Positions 6,427 to 14,276 of a DNA stretch of 34,424 bases are shown piece after piece (positions within the stretch are counted from its first letter, which is position 1; every line of letters begins with the position of its first letter). The notes below the pieces were generated by a model. It was not told the DNA's origin and did not search any database. It was given only the letters and a program-made list of their open reading frames with translations. Both the position numbers and the translations under genes were made by a program. The stretch comes from a virus, in IMG/VR virus record IMGVR_UViG_3300045988_092413, positions 1 through 34,424 of that record; one strand, given 5' to 3'.

Positions 6427-9408
6427 TCACGTAAACGGCAGCGGCTCATTATCTACCGGGGTAAACCCTTCGGCGGGCGCGCTGTCCTCCTGCGTCGTGC
6501 CTGTGCCATCGATGCGCGCGCGGTCAATCCAGAGGAGCTTGAGCGTCCTGTCCTTGATCCGCTTGTTGCGCAGCGGCGTGGGTCGTCCGCGATCCATGCC
6601 AGGCATACACATGCCCATCTCCATCATCTGGCGGCGAACAGCCGTCGCGCTCATCGCAAGGCTGCTTTCTCGGTCCTTGAGGTTGCGGCGCACGCACTGA
6701 TCGATGGCCTCCGCGTCGAAATAGTAAAAATCGGCGTCCCGCCAGCCGACGACCGGCCGGTTGGCGTAGTCCCTGCGCCCGTCCACCTGCGGCGTCGGGC
6801 TGGTGTCGGCCAGATCGACGTAGGCCGCGGCCTGCGTGACGATCAGCGAGCGGATCACGCTGACGTAGACGTGCGCCGGGGTCATGTCCGCGATGTCCTC
6901 GCCCTGGCGGCCGATGTTTTCGGCGATGCCTGCCAGCGTCTTGGCGTACAGAGCGTCGATCTCCGGCGCGCTCATTGCGCCGACCGCGCCCAGCCAGTCC
7001 AGCATCATCCGGCAGCCCATCGTCAAAAAGGCTGCGCTCTCTTTGAGGCGGGCAAAGCGCGGGTCGATGTCCATCTTTTCGGCTTCGCGCATCGCGTCGG
7101 CCATCCGCTCCTCCAACTCGTCGCCCAGACTGTCGTATCGCTCCATCAGCCACTTGATGTAGCTCCGCATCCCCGCGCGATACGCGCCGCCACGCTGTAG
7201 CCTTGCGTATGGTTCCAGCGCGTCCGTCGTCTTGGCGATTTCGCCGCGCTCGACGTGGATGACGTACAGGCGCAGCGTGCGCCCCTCGTTGATCTCCGGC
7301 AGGATTTCGCCCGTCATGGTGATGGTACTGCGCACCGGACGCCCCTTGATGGTCTGCTTGTCCGCGCTCTGCCGGTTTCGCGCCGCGCGGTCGGAAGCCG
7401 CGCTGATGAGGTTGTTGGCGACGCGGTTCAGCTCGTCGCTCTCCCTCCTTGTCTTGGTTTGGAAAAAGTCGTCGCACGTAAAGAGCGTGTCCTTGCAGTA
7501 ATAGGGCGCGTCTGATGTCCAGTTGGCGGTCGAGCGGAAATTCGCGGGCATCTGCTTGGCGTGAAAATCCCCAAACATCGACTGGATGTACCCCTGCAAT
7601 GTGCTCTTAAAGCTGCCGCTCGCGCCGACGAGGAAAACCACATAGCCCGGCGTTCGTCCGCTCTGCACCATCGTGCTGTACAGCGGCCCGAGAAACGCCT
7701 GCGCCAGCAGCGGCATCACAATCCGCGCGTCAAATCCCTTTGCCAGCGCCGCCACCGCCTGCGCGCCGCCCTGCTCGATCTCATCCTCCGTCTTGCCCTT
7801 GATCTCCGGCAGGCGCAGGTGATAGTGCTGGCTGGCGTTGACCAGCTCCACGCTCACATCGTCCGCGCCAATCGCGCCGTCGTGATACATGTAGATCAGC
7901 CGCTCGCCGATGTGCTTGAAGCCGGTATAGCCGTAGATTGTCCGATCTTTCGCCCCCTTCTGGCCGCCGCGCAGCAGCGCGTCCTTGACATATCCGGCGG
8001 TCAGGCCGCCGGGGTAGATGTTGCCGTATGCTTTCCACACCTTCGCGGGCCATTTCATCGCCAAAAACTCATCGTTTTTAACGTCCGCATCCGGCAGGCT
8101 TCGCCCGCTCGGCGTTCTCGCCGCGACGATCCACTCCGTGTCCTGCGTCATGCCGTCGTCGCGGGTGATCGTCTCCTTGAGCTCCGGCACAAAGTCGCAG
8201 AGCGGTTTTGCCCAGGCGGCCTTTCCGTGTCCCATGATCCGGCACAAGCGCCCGTTTTCGATGGCGTAGTCGTGCAGCCCCATGTAGTGGACAAAGCGGT
8301 CGTCATCCCCGCCGTCGTCTCCCCCGCCTCCCCGAGGGAAAACCGAATTCGCATTCGGTTTTCTCTCGCTTTCGGCAGGTTTCGACGCGGCCTTTTTGGC
8401 TTTTGCCTCGCCCATGTCGAGCACCTTACCCTGCCGCACATACGGCACCGCCTTGTCCAGCAGACCGGCGAAGGTCTTGCGGATCGCCTCGCGTTTCCAC
8501 CCGCGACCGGCCTGCATCTCGTGCGCCCAGTCGGTAAAATCGCCTTTGGCAAAGCGCTCTTGCTCCTCAGTCGTCAGATAATCGACCAGGCGCAGCGTCG
8601 CAAGCTCGCCGACTTTGCCGATCAACTGCTCGCAGACATACGCGCAGAGTTTTTCGCCCGCGTCGTCGTTGTCCGGGATGTAGATGACGCGCCTCGCGCC
8701 GCTGAGCGCCTCGGTGTAGGCGGGCAGCCACTTGCCATCCAGCCGCCCCTTGCCCGCGCCGTATGCGCTGGACACCGCGCAAAAGCCGAGCGCCGCAAGG
8801 TTGTTCGCGTCCTTTTCGCCCTCGACGATCAGGATGGTTTCGCCCTGCGCCTTGGCCGCCAGCATCTCCGGCAGCCGGTAGAGCAGATCATGCCACAGGT
8901 CGCCGACGTAGAGCTTGCCGTCTTCCCCGTAGCTCTGAAAAGCAAAGGTCTTTTTTCGCTCGCCGTTTTTGTCGTACCCCTCGTACCGCGCCTTGAGCTT
9001 TTTGATCTTGCCCTCCGCGTCCTTGTACTCGTAGATGCGCGTCAGCTCGTAGTCGATGTCTTTGATCTTCCACCGATGGCCGACGGCAAAAGGCCGCCGC
9101 GCCAGCTTGGGCGGCTCGGCCTTGCGCTCCGGCTTTTTCCGGGCATACCGTTCCGGCGGTTCGCCCGTCATCGCGTCCACCGCCACATCTTGCAGCGTGT
9201 AGCCCAGCGCTTCCGCAACGTCCTTGCGGTCTGCGCCGCACGCGTGGCATTTCATCACGGTCTGCCCGTCGTCCCCGATATAGCAGTGCAGGCTTGGGTC
9301 GTGGTCGGCATGACAGGGGCAGATCGCCCAAAAACCGCCCGGCTTATCGCTGCGCTTACGATCATCCACGCTGAGCAGATCGCGCCAAGCATCCAGCCTC
9401 ATCCCCAT
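6427..9408 (-). CDS. Bifunctional DNA primase / helicase (zinc finger + TOPRIM + P-loop NTPase)
   Basis: CPCHADHDPSLHCY...CHACGA zinc motif. TOPRIM ILIVEGEKDANNL and IYIPDNDDAGEK. C-terminal Walker A FLVGASGSFKST. 993 aa. Confidence 0.9.
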   Translation of the reverse strand: MGMRLDAWRDLLSVDDRKRSDKPGGFWAICPCHADHDPSLHCYIGDDGQTVMKCHACGADRKDVAEALGYTLQDVAVDAMTGEPPERYARKKPERKAEPPKLARRPFAVGHRWKIKDIDYELTRIYEYKDAEGKIKKLKARYEGYDKNGERKKTFAFQSYGEDGKLYVGDLWHDLLYRLPEMLAAKAQGETILIVEGEKDANNLAALGFCAVSSAYGAGKGRLDGKWLPAYTEALSGARRVIYIPDNDDAGEKLCAYVCEQLIGKVGELATLRLVDYLTTEEQERFAKGDFTDWAHEMQAGRGWKREAIRKTFAGLLDKAVPYVRQGKVLDMGEAKAKKAASKPAESERKPNANSVFPRGGGGDDGGDDDRFVHYMGLHDYAIENGRLCRIMGHGKAAWAKPLCDFVPELKETITRDDGMTQDTEWIVAARTPSGRSLPDADVKNDEFLAMKWPAKVWKAYGNIYPGGLTAGYVKDALLRGGQKGAKDRTIYGYTGFKHIGERLIYMYHDGAIGADDVSVELVNASQHYHLRLPEIKGKTEDEIEQGGAQAVAALAKGFDARIVMPLLAQAFLGPLYSTMVQSGRTPGYVVFLVGASGSFKSTLQGYIQSMFGDFHAKQMPANFRSTANWTSDAPYYCKDTLFTCDDFFQTKTRRESDELNRVANNLISAASDRAARNRQSADKQTIKGRPVRSTITMTGEILPEINEGRTLRLYVIHVERGEIAKTTDALEPYARLQRGGAYRAGMRSYIKWLMERYDSLGDELEERMADAMREAEKMDIDPRFARLKESAAFLTMGCRMMLDWLGAVGAMSAPEIDALYAKTLAGIAENIGRQGEDIADMTPAHVYVSVIRSLIVTQAAAYVDLADTSPTPQVDGRRDYANRPVVGWRDADFYYFDAEAIDQCVRRNLKDRESSLAMSATAVRRQMMEMGMCMPGMDRGRPTPLRNKRIKDRTLKLLWIDRARIDGTGTTQEDSAPAEGFTPVDNEPLPFT
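8339..8364 (-). repeat. 26-nt hairpin element, copy A (inside the primase linker coding region)
   Basis: The minus strand reads agaaaaccgaatgcgaattcggtttt, identical to the plus strand at 12438-12463. 10-bp perfect stem aaaaccgaat/attcggtttt with loop gcga. Confidence 0.95.
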
Positions 9409-9437
9409 CCGTCACACCGTCCTTTTGTCCTCTTTGG

Positions 9438-9644
9438 TCACAGCTCCACATGCAGGCACTCGCGCGCCGCGGCTTTCACGGCCTCGCGCCCCTCGTCGGT
9501 CGTCTGCATCGTCAGCATCACGTCCGCGATGGCGTAGTCCATCGTCGCGTCAGGGATTTCCCGCATCGTCGCGCTCAACAGCTTTCCGCCGCCGTTGCCG
9601 TGCTTATCAGCTCGGCTGTACCGTGCCGCCGTCATCACCTGCAT
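9438..9644 (-). CDS. Hypothetical small protein
   Basis: ATG 9644 preceded by GGGAGGTG. 68 aa. No recognisable domain. Confidence 0.45.
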   Translation of the reverse strand: MQVMTAARYSRADKHGNGGGKLLSATMREIPDATMDYAIADVMLTMQTTDEGREAVKAAARECLHVEL

Positions 9645-9870
9645 CCGTCTCACCTCCCTTTGCCCTCATCGGGATCACGTCGAGCCGCAGCCGGAAGTCG
9701 GTGATCCGATCCGCCTTGTATATCCGCTGCGCGCCGCAAGCCTGACAACCGACGACGGCCTGCCATCCCGGCCGCACCGTCCCGGTCTCCGTCCTCGTCT
9801 GGATCGCGTCATAAGCCACCGACTCCTGACCGCCGCACTTTGCGCAACGGCCGCACCTGATCTCGACCAC
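9607..9870 (-). CDS. Hypothetical 4-Cys zinc-ribbon protein
   Basis: GTG 9870 preceded by AGAGGAGCGGAG. CGRCAKCG ... CQACG. Overlaps the preceding gene by about 60 nt. Confidence 0.45.
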   Translation of the reverse strand: MVEIRCGRCAKCGGQESVAYDAIQTRTETGTVRPGWQAVVGCQACGAQRIYKADRITDFRLRLDVIPMRAKGGETDAGDDGGTVQPS

Positions 9871-10177
9871 GTTCTCCGCTCCTCTCGTTGACCGCGCGCA
9901 CAAATTCGTCACGCGATCCGCCCGTCCTCATATACACCCAGCCGCAGCTTGCGTTGTTGCACTCCGCCCTGCGGATCACAGCCGGGCCGAATCGGCTCGC
10001 CATCAGCACCCGCTCGCGGGCGATCACCGTGCCGCCGCAGTGCGGGCAGGGCTTAAAGCGCGCCGCGCGTATGCCGCGCTCCCGCCATTGCTCCGGCTCG
10101 TAATCCATCCGGATAGATGGCTGGTCATGCCGCCACGTCGCAAGCCCGTCTCCGTCAGTGTACGGCACCGTTGTCAT
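9809..10177 (-). CDS. Lar-family-like (restriction alleviation type) zinc-ribbon protein
   Basis: KPCPHCGG...AECNNASCGW...EFVRAVNER resembles the Lar family pattern (CPFCGG ... C..C ... aWN.R). Start placed at ATG 10177. The track N-terminus overlaps the better-supported gene 10155..10409. Confidence 0.5.
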   Translation of the reverse strand: MTTVPYTDGDGLATWRHDQPSIRMDYEPEQWRERGIRAARFKPCPHCGGTVIARERVLMASRFGPAVIRRAECNNASCGWVYMRTGGSRDEFVRAVNERSGERGRDQVRPLRKVRRSGVGGL

Positions 10178-10409
10178 CTCCCTCAAAGGGCATTTCGTTC
10201 TGCGCATGCCGCGCGATGATCGCCTCGACAAGCGCCCGCTCAAGCTGATCGGCAATGTCGTCCTGTCCCTCGTAGTCCCCGGCCATGGTCTGGATCGCGT
10301 CCACACACAGGCAGGCCAGCTCGTCGAGCAGCTCGTCCGTGGTGCCGGAAAATCTGCCGCTGATGCGGATGCTTTCATCTGCGTCGCGCGTCACATCTGC
10401 CCGTATCAT
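10155..10409 (-). CDS. Hypothetical acidic small protein
   Basis: 84 aa. ATGA overlap with the cro-like stop. No recognisable domain. Confidence 0.5.
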   Translation of the reverse strand: MIRADVTRDADESIRISGRFSGTTDELLDELACLCVDAIQTMAGDYEGQDDIADQLERALVEAIIARHAQNEMPFEGDDNGAVH

Positions 10410-10684
10410 TCAAAGCCCTCCAGATTGTCTTCGTCGGTCGTCGGTTCTTCCGTCTGGAGCGCCGCATCTTCCTGCGGCGCGTCCATCTCGGGGAAAAGCG
10501 CGTCGATGCTCACGCCCAAGGCGCGCGCCATCTTCGGGAGCTTCTCAAGAGTCTTTCCTCGCGTTCCATTTGCCAGTCTTGCAATCGTCACAAGTGTAAG
10601 CCCAGACTTTTCTGCAAGCTCATTCATGGTCATGTTTTTTTCGCGCAAGGTCTTTTTCAGCCTATCCGCAAATCCGTTTTCCAT
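10406..10684 (-). CDS. Cro-like XRE-family HTH regulator
   Basis: MENGFADRLKKTLREKNMTMNELAEKSGLTLVTIARLANG is an HTH_3 type motif. ATG 10684 lies 6 nt after GAGGTG. Divergent from the cI-like gene. Confidence 0.8.
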   Translation of the reverse strand: MENGFADRLKKTLREKNMTMNELAEKSGLTLVTIARLANGTRGKTLEKLPKMARALGVSIDALFPEMDAPQEDAALQTEEPTTDEDNLEGFE

Positions 10685-10701
10685 TATTTTCACCTCGTGC
10701 G

Positions 10702-10852
10702 TGCCATTTTGTCACTTACTCGCGTTACAGCTCTATTATATTTGCCGTTTTGGTACATGTCAAGTACCTTAAAAAAATTTTTTGCCAATTTGGCACACCA
10801 AAAGGATTTTACCGTTTCGGCAAGTATTATATTATAAAGTACCATTTCGGCA
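10702..10852. promoter_or_regulatory. Five 13-bp dyad operators, consensus TRCCRTTTYGGYA, in the cro/cI intergenic region
   Basis: 10702 tgccattttgtca; 10743 tgccgttttggta; 10783 tgccaatttggca; 10810 taccgtttcggca; 10840 taccatttcggca. Confidence 0.75.
10735..10763 (-). promoter_or_regulatory. Consensus sigma-A/sigma-70 promoter for the early (cro-like) operon
   Basis: The minus strand reads TTGACA-17 nt-TATAAT (-35 at 10758-10763, -10 at 10735-10740). Operator O2 lies exactly in the spacer. Confidence 0.75.
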
Positions 10853-10872
10853 AGACTCAAGGAGGTGTTTTC

Positions 10873-11229
10873 ATGCTTGGTACACTTGGCGACAGACTCC
10901 GCGCGATACGCGAGGATCACGACGTGATGCAAAAAGACCTTGCGGCCGAGTTCGGGATTACTCATAGCGCATTAAGCCGCTATGAGCAGAATAAGCGCGA
11001 GCCACCCGTTGATTTCATCGTAGCATTTTGCCACTATTTTAACGTCACATCTGATTTCCTGTTTGGCATGTCCGACGATTATCGCCCACCCGTGAACGTC
11101 AGTATTCCACCGACTCTTTTATCCCGCGATCCCTATGCCGATTTATCTGCCGAGCATCGAGCAACGCTTGATGCTATGGCTGATGTATTCCGTCAGCAGG
11201 AGGCTGCGCAAGGACAAAAAGAGGCATGA
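10873..11229 (+). CDS. cI-like XRE-family repressor (short, no peptidase domain)
   Basis: ATG 10873 after AAGGAGGTG. LRAIREDHDVMQKDLAAEFGITHSALSRYEQNKREP is an HTH_3 motif. 118 aa. Confidence 0.8.
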   Translation: MLGTLGDRLRAIREDHDVMQKDLAAEFGITHSALSRYEQNKREPPVDFIVAFCHYFNVTSDFLFGMSDDYRPPVNVSIPPTLLSRDPYADLSAEHRATLDAMADVFRQQEAAQGQKEA

Positions 11230-11252
11230 TCTTGTTTTTCGGCACAAAAAAA

Positions 11253-11272
11253 GCGCCGCCCGAAGGTGACGC
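11253..11272 (-). terminator. Intrinsic terminator after the membrane-protein gene
   Basis: The minus strand reads GCGTCACC-TTCG-GGCGGCGC (one mismatch) followed by TTTTTTT. Confidence 0.5.
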
Positions 11273-11292
11273 TTGGTGAAGTTGTACGCGGA

Positions 11293-11715
11293 TCAGTTGC
11301 GGCTGATCTCTTTCGCCGCGCGAAGGGCTGCCTCCACGTCGATGCCGGTATTCACCGGCTCCTGCTTGGGCCAGTTCGCCGGATCGTCATGGGTCATCGG
11401 CTTGGCCTCAGTCTTTTTCTCCGAAACCGACTGCACGGCGATCTTCTCCGGCAGCTTGATCTTGCCGATCGCTTCGCCGTTGGCATACAGCAGACTGATG
11501 ATGCTTTCCATCCCATCAAAGAGCCAGCGCGCCAGCAGGGCTACACAGGTAAGCATTGCGCCCTGAAAAGCCGCATTGTCCATATGGTTCAGATCGCTGT
11601 AAATCGTCAGCATGATAAGCAGCACCGCGATAATCGTCGCGAAGATCTTCGCGTGCCGCACGCCTGCCGTCATCTTCTTCTCCACGTCTACATTGGTTAA
11701 ATTCGATTTCCTCAT
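11293..11715 (-). CDS. Hypothetical membrane protein in the lysogeny module (2 predicted TM helices)
   Basis: RBS GGAGGAG 7 nt before the ATG. Hydrophobic stretches IFATIIAVLLIMLTIY and AMLTCVALLARWLF. Has its own promoter and terminator. Confidence 0.6.
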   Translation of the reverse strand: MRKSNLTNVDVEKKMTAGVRHAKIFATIIAVLLIMLTIYSDLNHMDNAAFQGAMLTCVALLARWLFDGMESIISLLYANGEAIGKIKLPEKIAVQSVSEKKTEAKPMTHDDPANWPKQEPVNTGIDVEAALRAAKEISRN

Positions 11716-11745
11716 GGTCTTTCTCCTCCGTTATCGTTTTTGTCC

Positions 11746-11774
11746 ATTATAGCGCCCATTCTACTCAAATGCAA
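11746..11774 (-). promoter_or_regulatory. Promoter for 11293..11715
   Basis: The minus strand reads TTGCAT-17 nt-TATAAT. The first operator of the array starts 10 bp upstream of the -35. Confidence 0.55.
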
Positions 11775-11783
11775 TCCACTTTA

Positions 11784-12022
11784 TACCGTTTCGGCATGTA
11801 TTTTTAACAAAGTGTTATTCCATTTCGGTAAATTCTACCGTTTCGGCAATCAATTTTAACAGTTTGTTTTGCCGTTTTGGTCGATTTATACCATTATGGC
11901 AAGCATTTTTAACAGTCTGTTATACCATTTCGGTATACTTTTTACCATTTTGTTAATGCGTTTAATGATTTGTTATACCGTTTCGGCAAGCATTTTTTAA
12001 CATTTTGTTTACCAAAACGGCA
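11784..12022. repeat. Array of nine operator-type 13-bp palindromes organised in tandem units of about 52 bp
   Basis: Sites at 11784, 11818, 11836, 11870, 11889, 11923, 11943, 11976 and 12010, with the same consensus as the cro/cI operators. Each unit also carries a CATTTTTAACA-like box. Confidence 0.85.
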
Positions 12023-12033
12023 AAAAATCGCCA

Positions 12034-12400
12034 TGTTACGCTTTCGTGTTACGATTTTTGCCCCAATGTTACGTATTTTTTCCCAAAATCGTAACACGGT
12101 TTTTGCTAGGCCACGCCTAGGTTTTTCGGGGGTGTGTTACGATGTTACGTATTTTTGCGGGATATAGGGCCCATATACACACACGCAACAAAACGCATCG
12201 CAAAAAAATGCGCAAAAAATCATCTCGCATTGAGGCCGCGAAACTGGGTACTAGGGGTAAAAATACGTAATTTTCGTAACATTATATATTTTTATAATAA
12301 ATAATACTTAATTATTCTATATATTATTCAATTCCTTGTGTCCCAAAAATGTTACGATTTTTACGTAACACGCCACTCCAAAATCGTAACATTCGTAACA
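12034..12400. repeat. Eleven TGTTACG / CGTAACA repeats flanking an AT-rich core (12283-12335)
   Basis: Direct copies at 12034, 12047, 12067, 12135, 12143 and 12350. Inverted copies at 12090, 12275, 12364, 12385 and 12394. Confidence 0.85.
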
Positions 12401-12408
12401 ACCTGATG

Positions 12409-12438
12409 TTATCCACAATCTTTTCAAACTTATCCACA
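12409..12438 (+). promoter_or_regulatory. Two perfect DnaA-box 9-mers (TTATCCACA) in direct orientation, 21 bp apart
   Basis: 12409-12417 and 12430-12438 both read ttatccaca. The second abuts hairpin copy B. Confidence 0.6.
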
Positions 12439-12463
12439 GAAAACCGAATGCGAATTCGGTTTT
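12438..12463 (+). repeat. 26-nt hairpin element, copy B (immediately upstream of the serine recombinase RBS)
   Basis: agaaaaccgaatgcgaattcggtttt, followed directly by GAGGAGG and the TTG start at 12480. Confidence 0.95.
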
Positions 12464-12479
12464 GAGGAGGTGCTTTGAC

Positions 12480-14096
12480 TTGAAAACCGCTGTCACCTAT
12501 GCCCGCTTTTCCTCCGCGCGCCAGCATGAGACGTCTATCGAGGCGCAGCGCGACGCGATGGCGAAGTGGTGCGCCCAGCGCAGCGTCCGGATCGTGCAGG
12601 AGTACGCAGATCGCGCCGCATCCGGCACCAAGACCGAAGGCCGCGATGACTTTCTCCAGATGTTGGCCGATCTCAAGCAGCGGCGCGTGGACTATGTGCT
12701 CGTCCACAAGTATGATCGCTTCGCCCGCAACGAAAACGACCAGTATTTTTATATGGCCATGATCGAGCAGCGCGGTGCAAAGCTCGTCGCTGTCGCGCAG
12801 GAGTTCGGCGACGGACCGGAGGCGCGCTTTATGGTCGGCGTCATCACGGCCTATAATGCCTTTTATTCGGCGAACCTGTCCGCGGAGTCGAAAAAAGGCA
12901 AAAACATCATCAAGCAGCATGGCAAGCATACCGGCGGCCCCTATCCGATCGGGTATGACCCGGACGGGAAGGGCAACTATATCGTCAACGAGGTTGAGGC
13001 GTATTTTGTCCGCGAGCTGTATAACGCCGTCATCACGCACAGGCGGCTGGATGACGTCGTCGCCGAGATGCGCGATGCCGGTCTGCGCGGCCGCTATGGC
13101 GGCGAGCTGAAAACCGCCAACCTCGCGCGGATCGTCCGCAACCCCGTCTATATGGGCGTGTACCAGCGCACGCTGTCGGATGGCACGCTCGTCCGCCTCG
13201 AAAACCACCACACAGCCATTGTCGATCAAAAAACCTATGAGGAGGCTAACCGCATTATGGACGCACGCGCAAACGCCGGTCGAAACGACCGCAAAATCTA
13301 CCCGTTGAGCGGTATCGCTTACTGCGCCTGCTGTGGCGCAAAGCTGCTCGCCCAGACCACCCGCAAAGACGCCAACCACGAATACACGTCGTATTACTGC
13401 TCTAAGTGCCACGATCTCCACCGCATCCCAGCCAAGGAGCTGGATGGCGCTGCTGTTGACTATCTCAACGCGCTTTTCGCGCCGGAGCGCCGCGCCGAGC
13501 TGGCAAAGGCCGTCGAGGACTACTCCAAGCGCCTGATCTCCTCCGCGGCCTCGCGCCAGCCGTCAGCGTCGCGCGAAATCAAAAAGCTCCAGCGCGAGAT
13601 TGACTCGCTGGCCGCCAACCTTGCCACGGGCGTTTTGTCGCCGGACATGCTGACCATGATCGACCAGCAGATCACCACCCGCCGCGAGCGCATCAAGATT
13701 TTGCAAGAGACCAGCGCCACGCCTGCGCCCGTAACCGCCGCAGATATCGACTCTTTTTTCGCCGACGCCGCCACGCTCTCGCTTGGCATGGACCCGCGCT
13801 ATCTGCGCCAGGTCATGCGCAAGTACATCAAGCGCGTCACCGTCCACACAACGGAGATCGAGATCGTCTCCACCTTTGACGACTGGATCGGTGAGAAACT
13901 CCGCTCCTGCCGAGAAAGCAGCGACGACGGAGGTGCGGACAGACAAAGATTAAGAATCGCATCAAACCCGTGCATGTTCGATGTGATTCTTACACTTTCA
14001 TTTGTCCACCGCGTCCCTCTCCCGGAGCGATACCGTCCATTTCACAAGGAGTTGTACAATTTGCACAGAAACAAAATAAGGCACAGAAAAAAATAA
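12480..14096 (+). CDS. Large serine recombinase (phage integrase)
   Basis: N-terminal AVTYARFSSARQ (catalytic Ser context), resolvase-like domain, recombinase domain, zinc ribbon CACCG...CSKCH, C-terminal coiled-coil. TTG 12480 lies 9 nt after GAGGAGG. The start codon is uncertain. Confidence 0.88.
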   Translation: MKTAVTYARFSSARQHETSIEAQRDAMAKWCAQRSVRIVQEYADRAASGTKTEGRDDFLQMLADLKQRRVDYVLVHKYDRFARNENDQYFYMAMIEQRGAKLVAVAQEFGDGPEARFMVGVITAYNAFYSANLSAESKKGKNIIKQHGKHTGGPYPIGYDPDGKGNYIVNEVEAYFVRELYNAVITHRRLDDVVAEMRDAGLRGRYGGELKTANLARIVRNPVYMGVYQRTLSDGTLVRLENHHTAIVDQKTYEEANRIMDARANAGRNDRKIYPLSGIAYCACCGAKLLAQTTRKDANHEYTSYYCSKCHDLHRIPAKELDGAAVDYLNALFAPERRAELAKAVEDYSKRLISSAASRQPSASREIKKLQREIDSLAANLATGVLSPDMLTMIDQQITTRRERIKILQETSATPAPVTAADIDSFFADAATLSLGMDPRYLRQVMRKYIKRVTVHTTEIEIVSTFDDWIGEKLRSCRESSDDGGADRQRLRIASNPCMFDVILTLSFVHRVPLPERYRPFHKELYNLHRNKIRHRKK

Positions 14097-14276
14097 AAAA
14101 TCCGACATTTCAAGGAAAATTTCTCTGCCGTGTAGCGCTTCGGTGCTGATTCAGGCCGTTATTTAATGCAAATATGGGGGAGGGTACCCCTCCCATCGAA
14201 TCTTTTGTGCAGTTTTGCCAATGCACTCGTGGGAAACCCTGTCGCTGCCGCTAGGCGGCAAACCCGCATAAAAAAG

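Noticed and set aside
5012-6434. Plus-strand ORFs 5012..6271 and 5067..6434, and minus-strand ORFs 5557..6252 and 5585..6301, with RRP/CRR or RIAVD repeats
   Set aside because: These frames are kept open only by the 18-bp periodicity. Only the 5574..6410 minus frame has an RBS, a non-repetitive N-terminal domain and a recognisable hexapeptide fold pattern.
7561-9537. 658-aa plus-strand ORF
   Set aside because: It is antisense to the primase-helicase gene, which has zinc-finger, TOPRIM and Walker A motifs on the minus strand.
10178-10378. N-terminal extension of ORF 9809..10378
   Set aside because: It overlaps 10155..10409 in another frame, has a Ser/Arg/Thr-rich composition, and the Lar-like domain begins after ATG 10177.
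11784-12022. Possible CRISPR-like or tRNA-like repeat region
   Set aside because: The units are 13-bp dyads shared with the cro/cI operators, with short irregular spacing. They fit protein-binding sites, not repeat-spacer structure.
12324-13421. 365-aa minus-strand ORF
   Set aside because: It is antisense to the large serine recombinase, whose catalytic and zinc-ribbon motifs are unambiguous on the plus strand.
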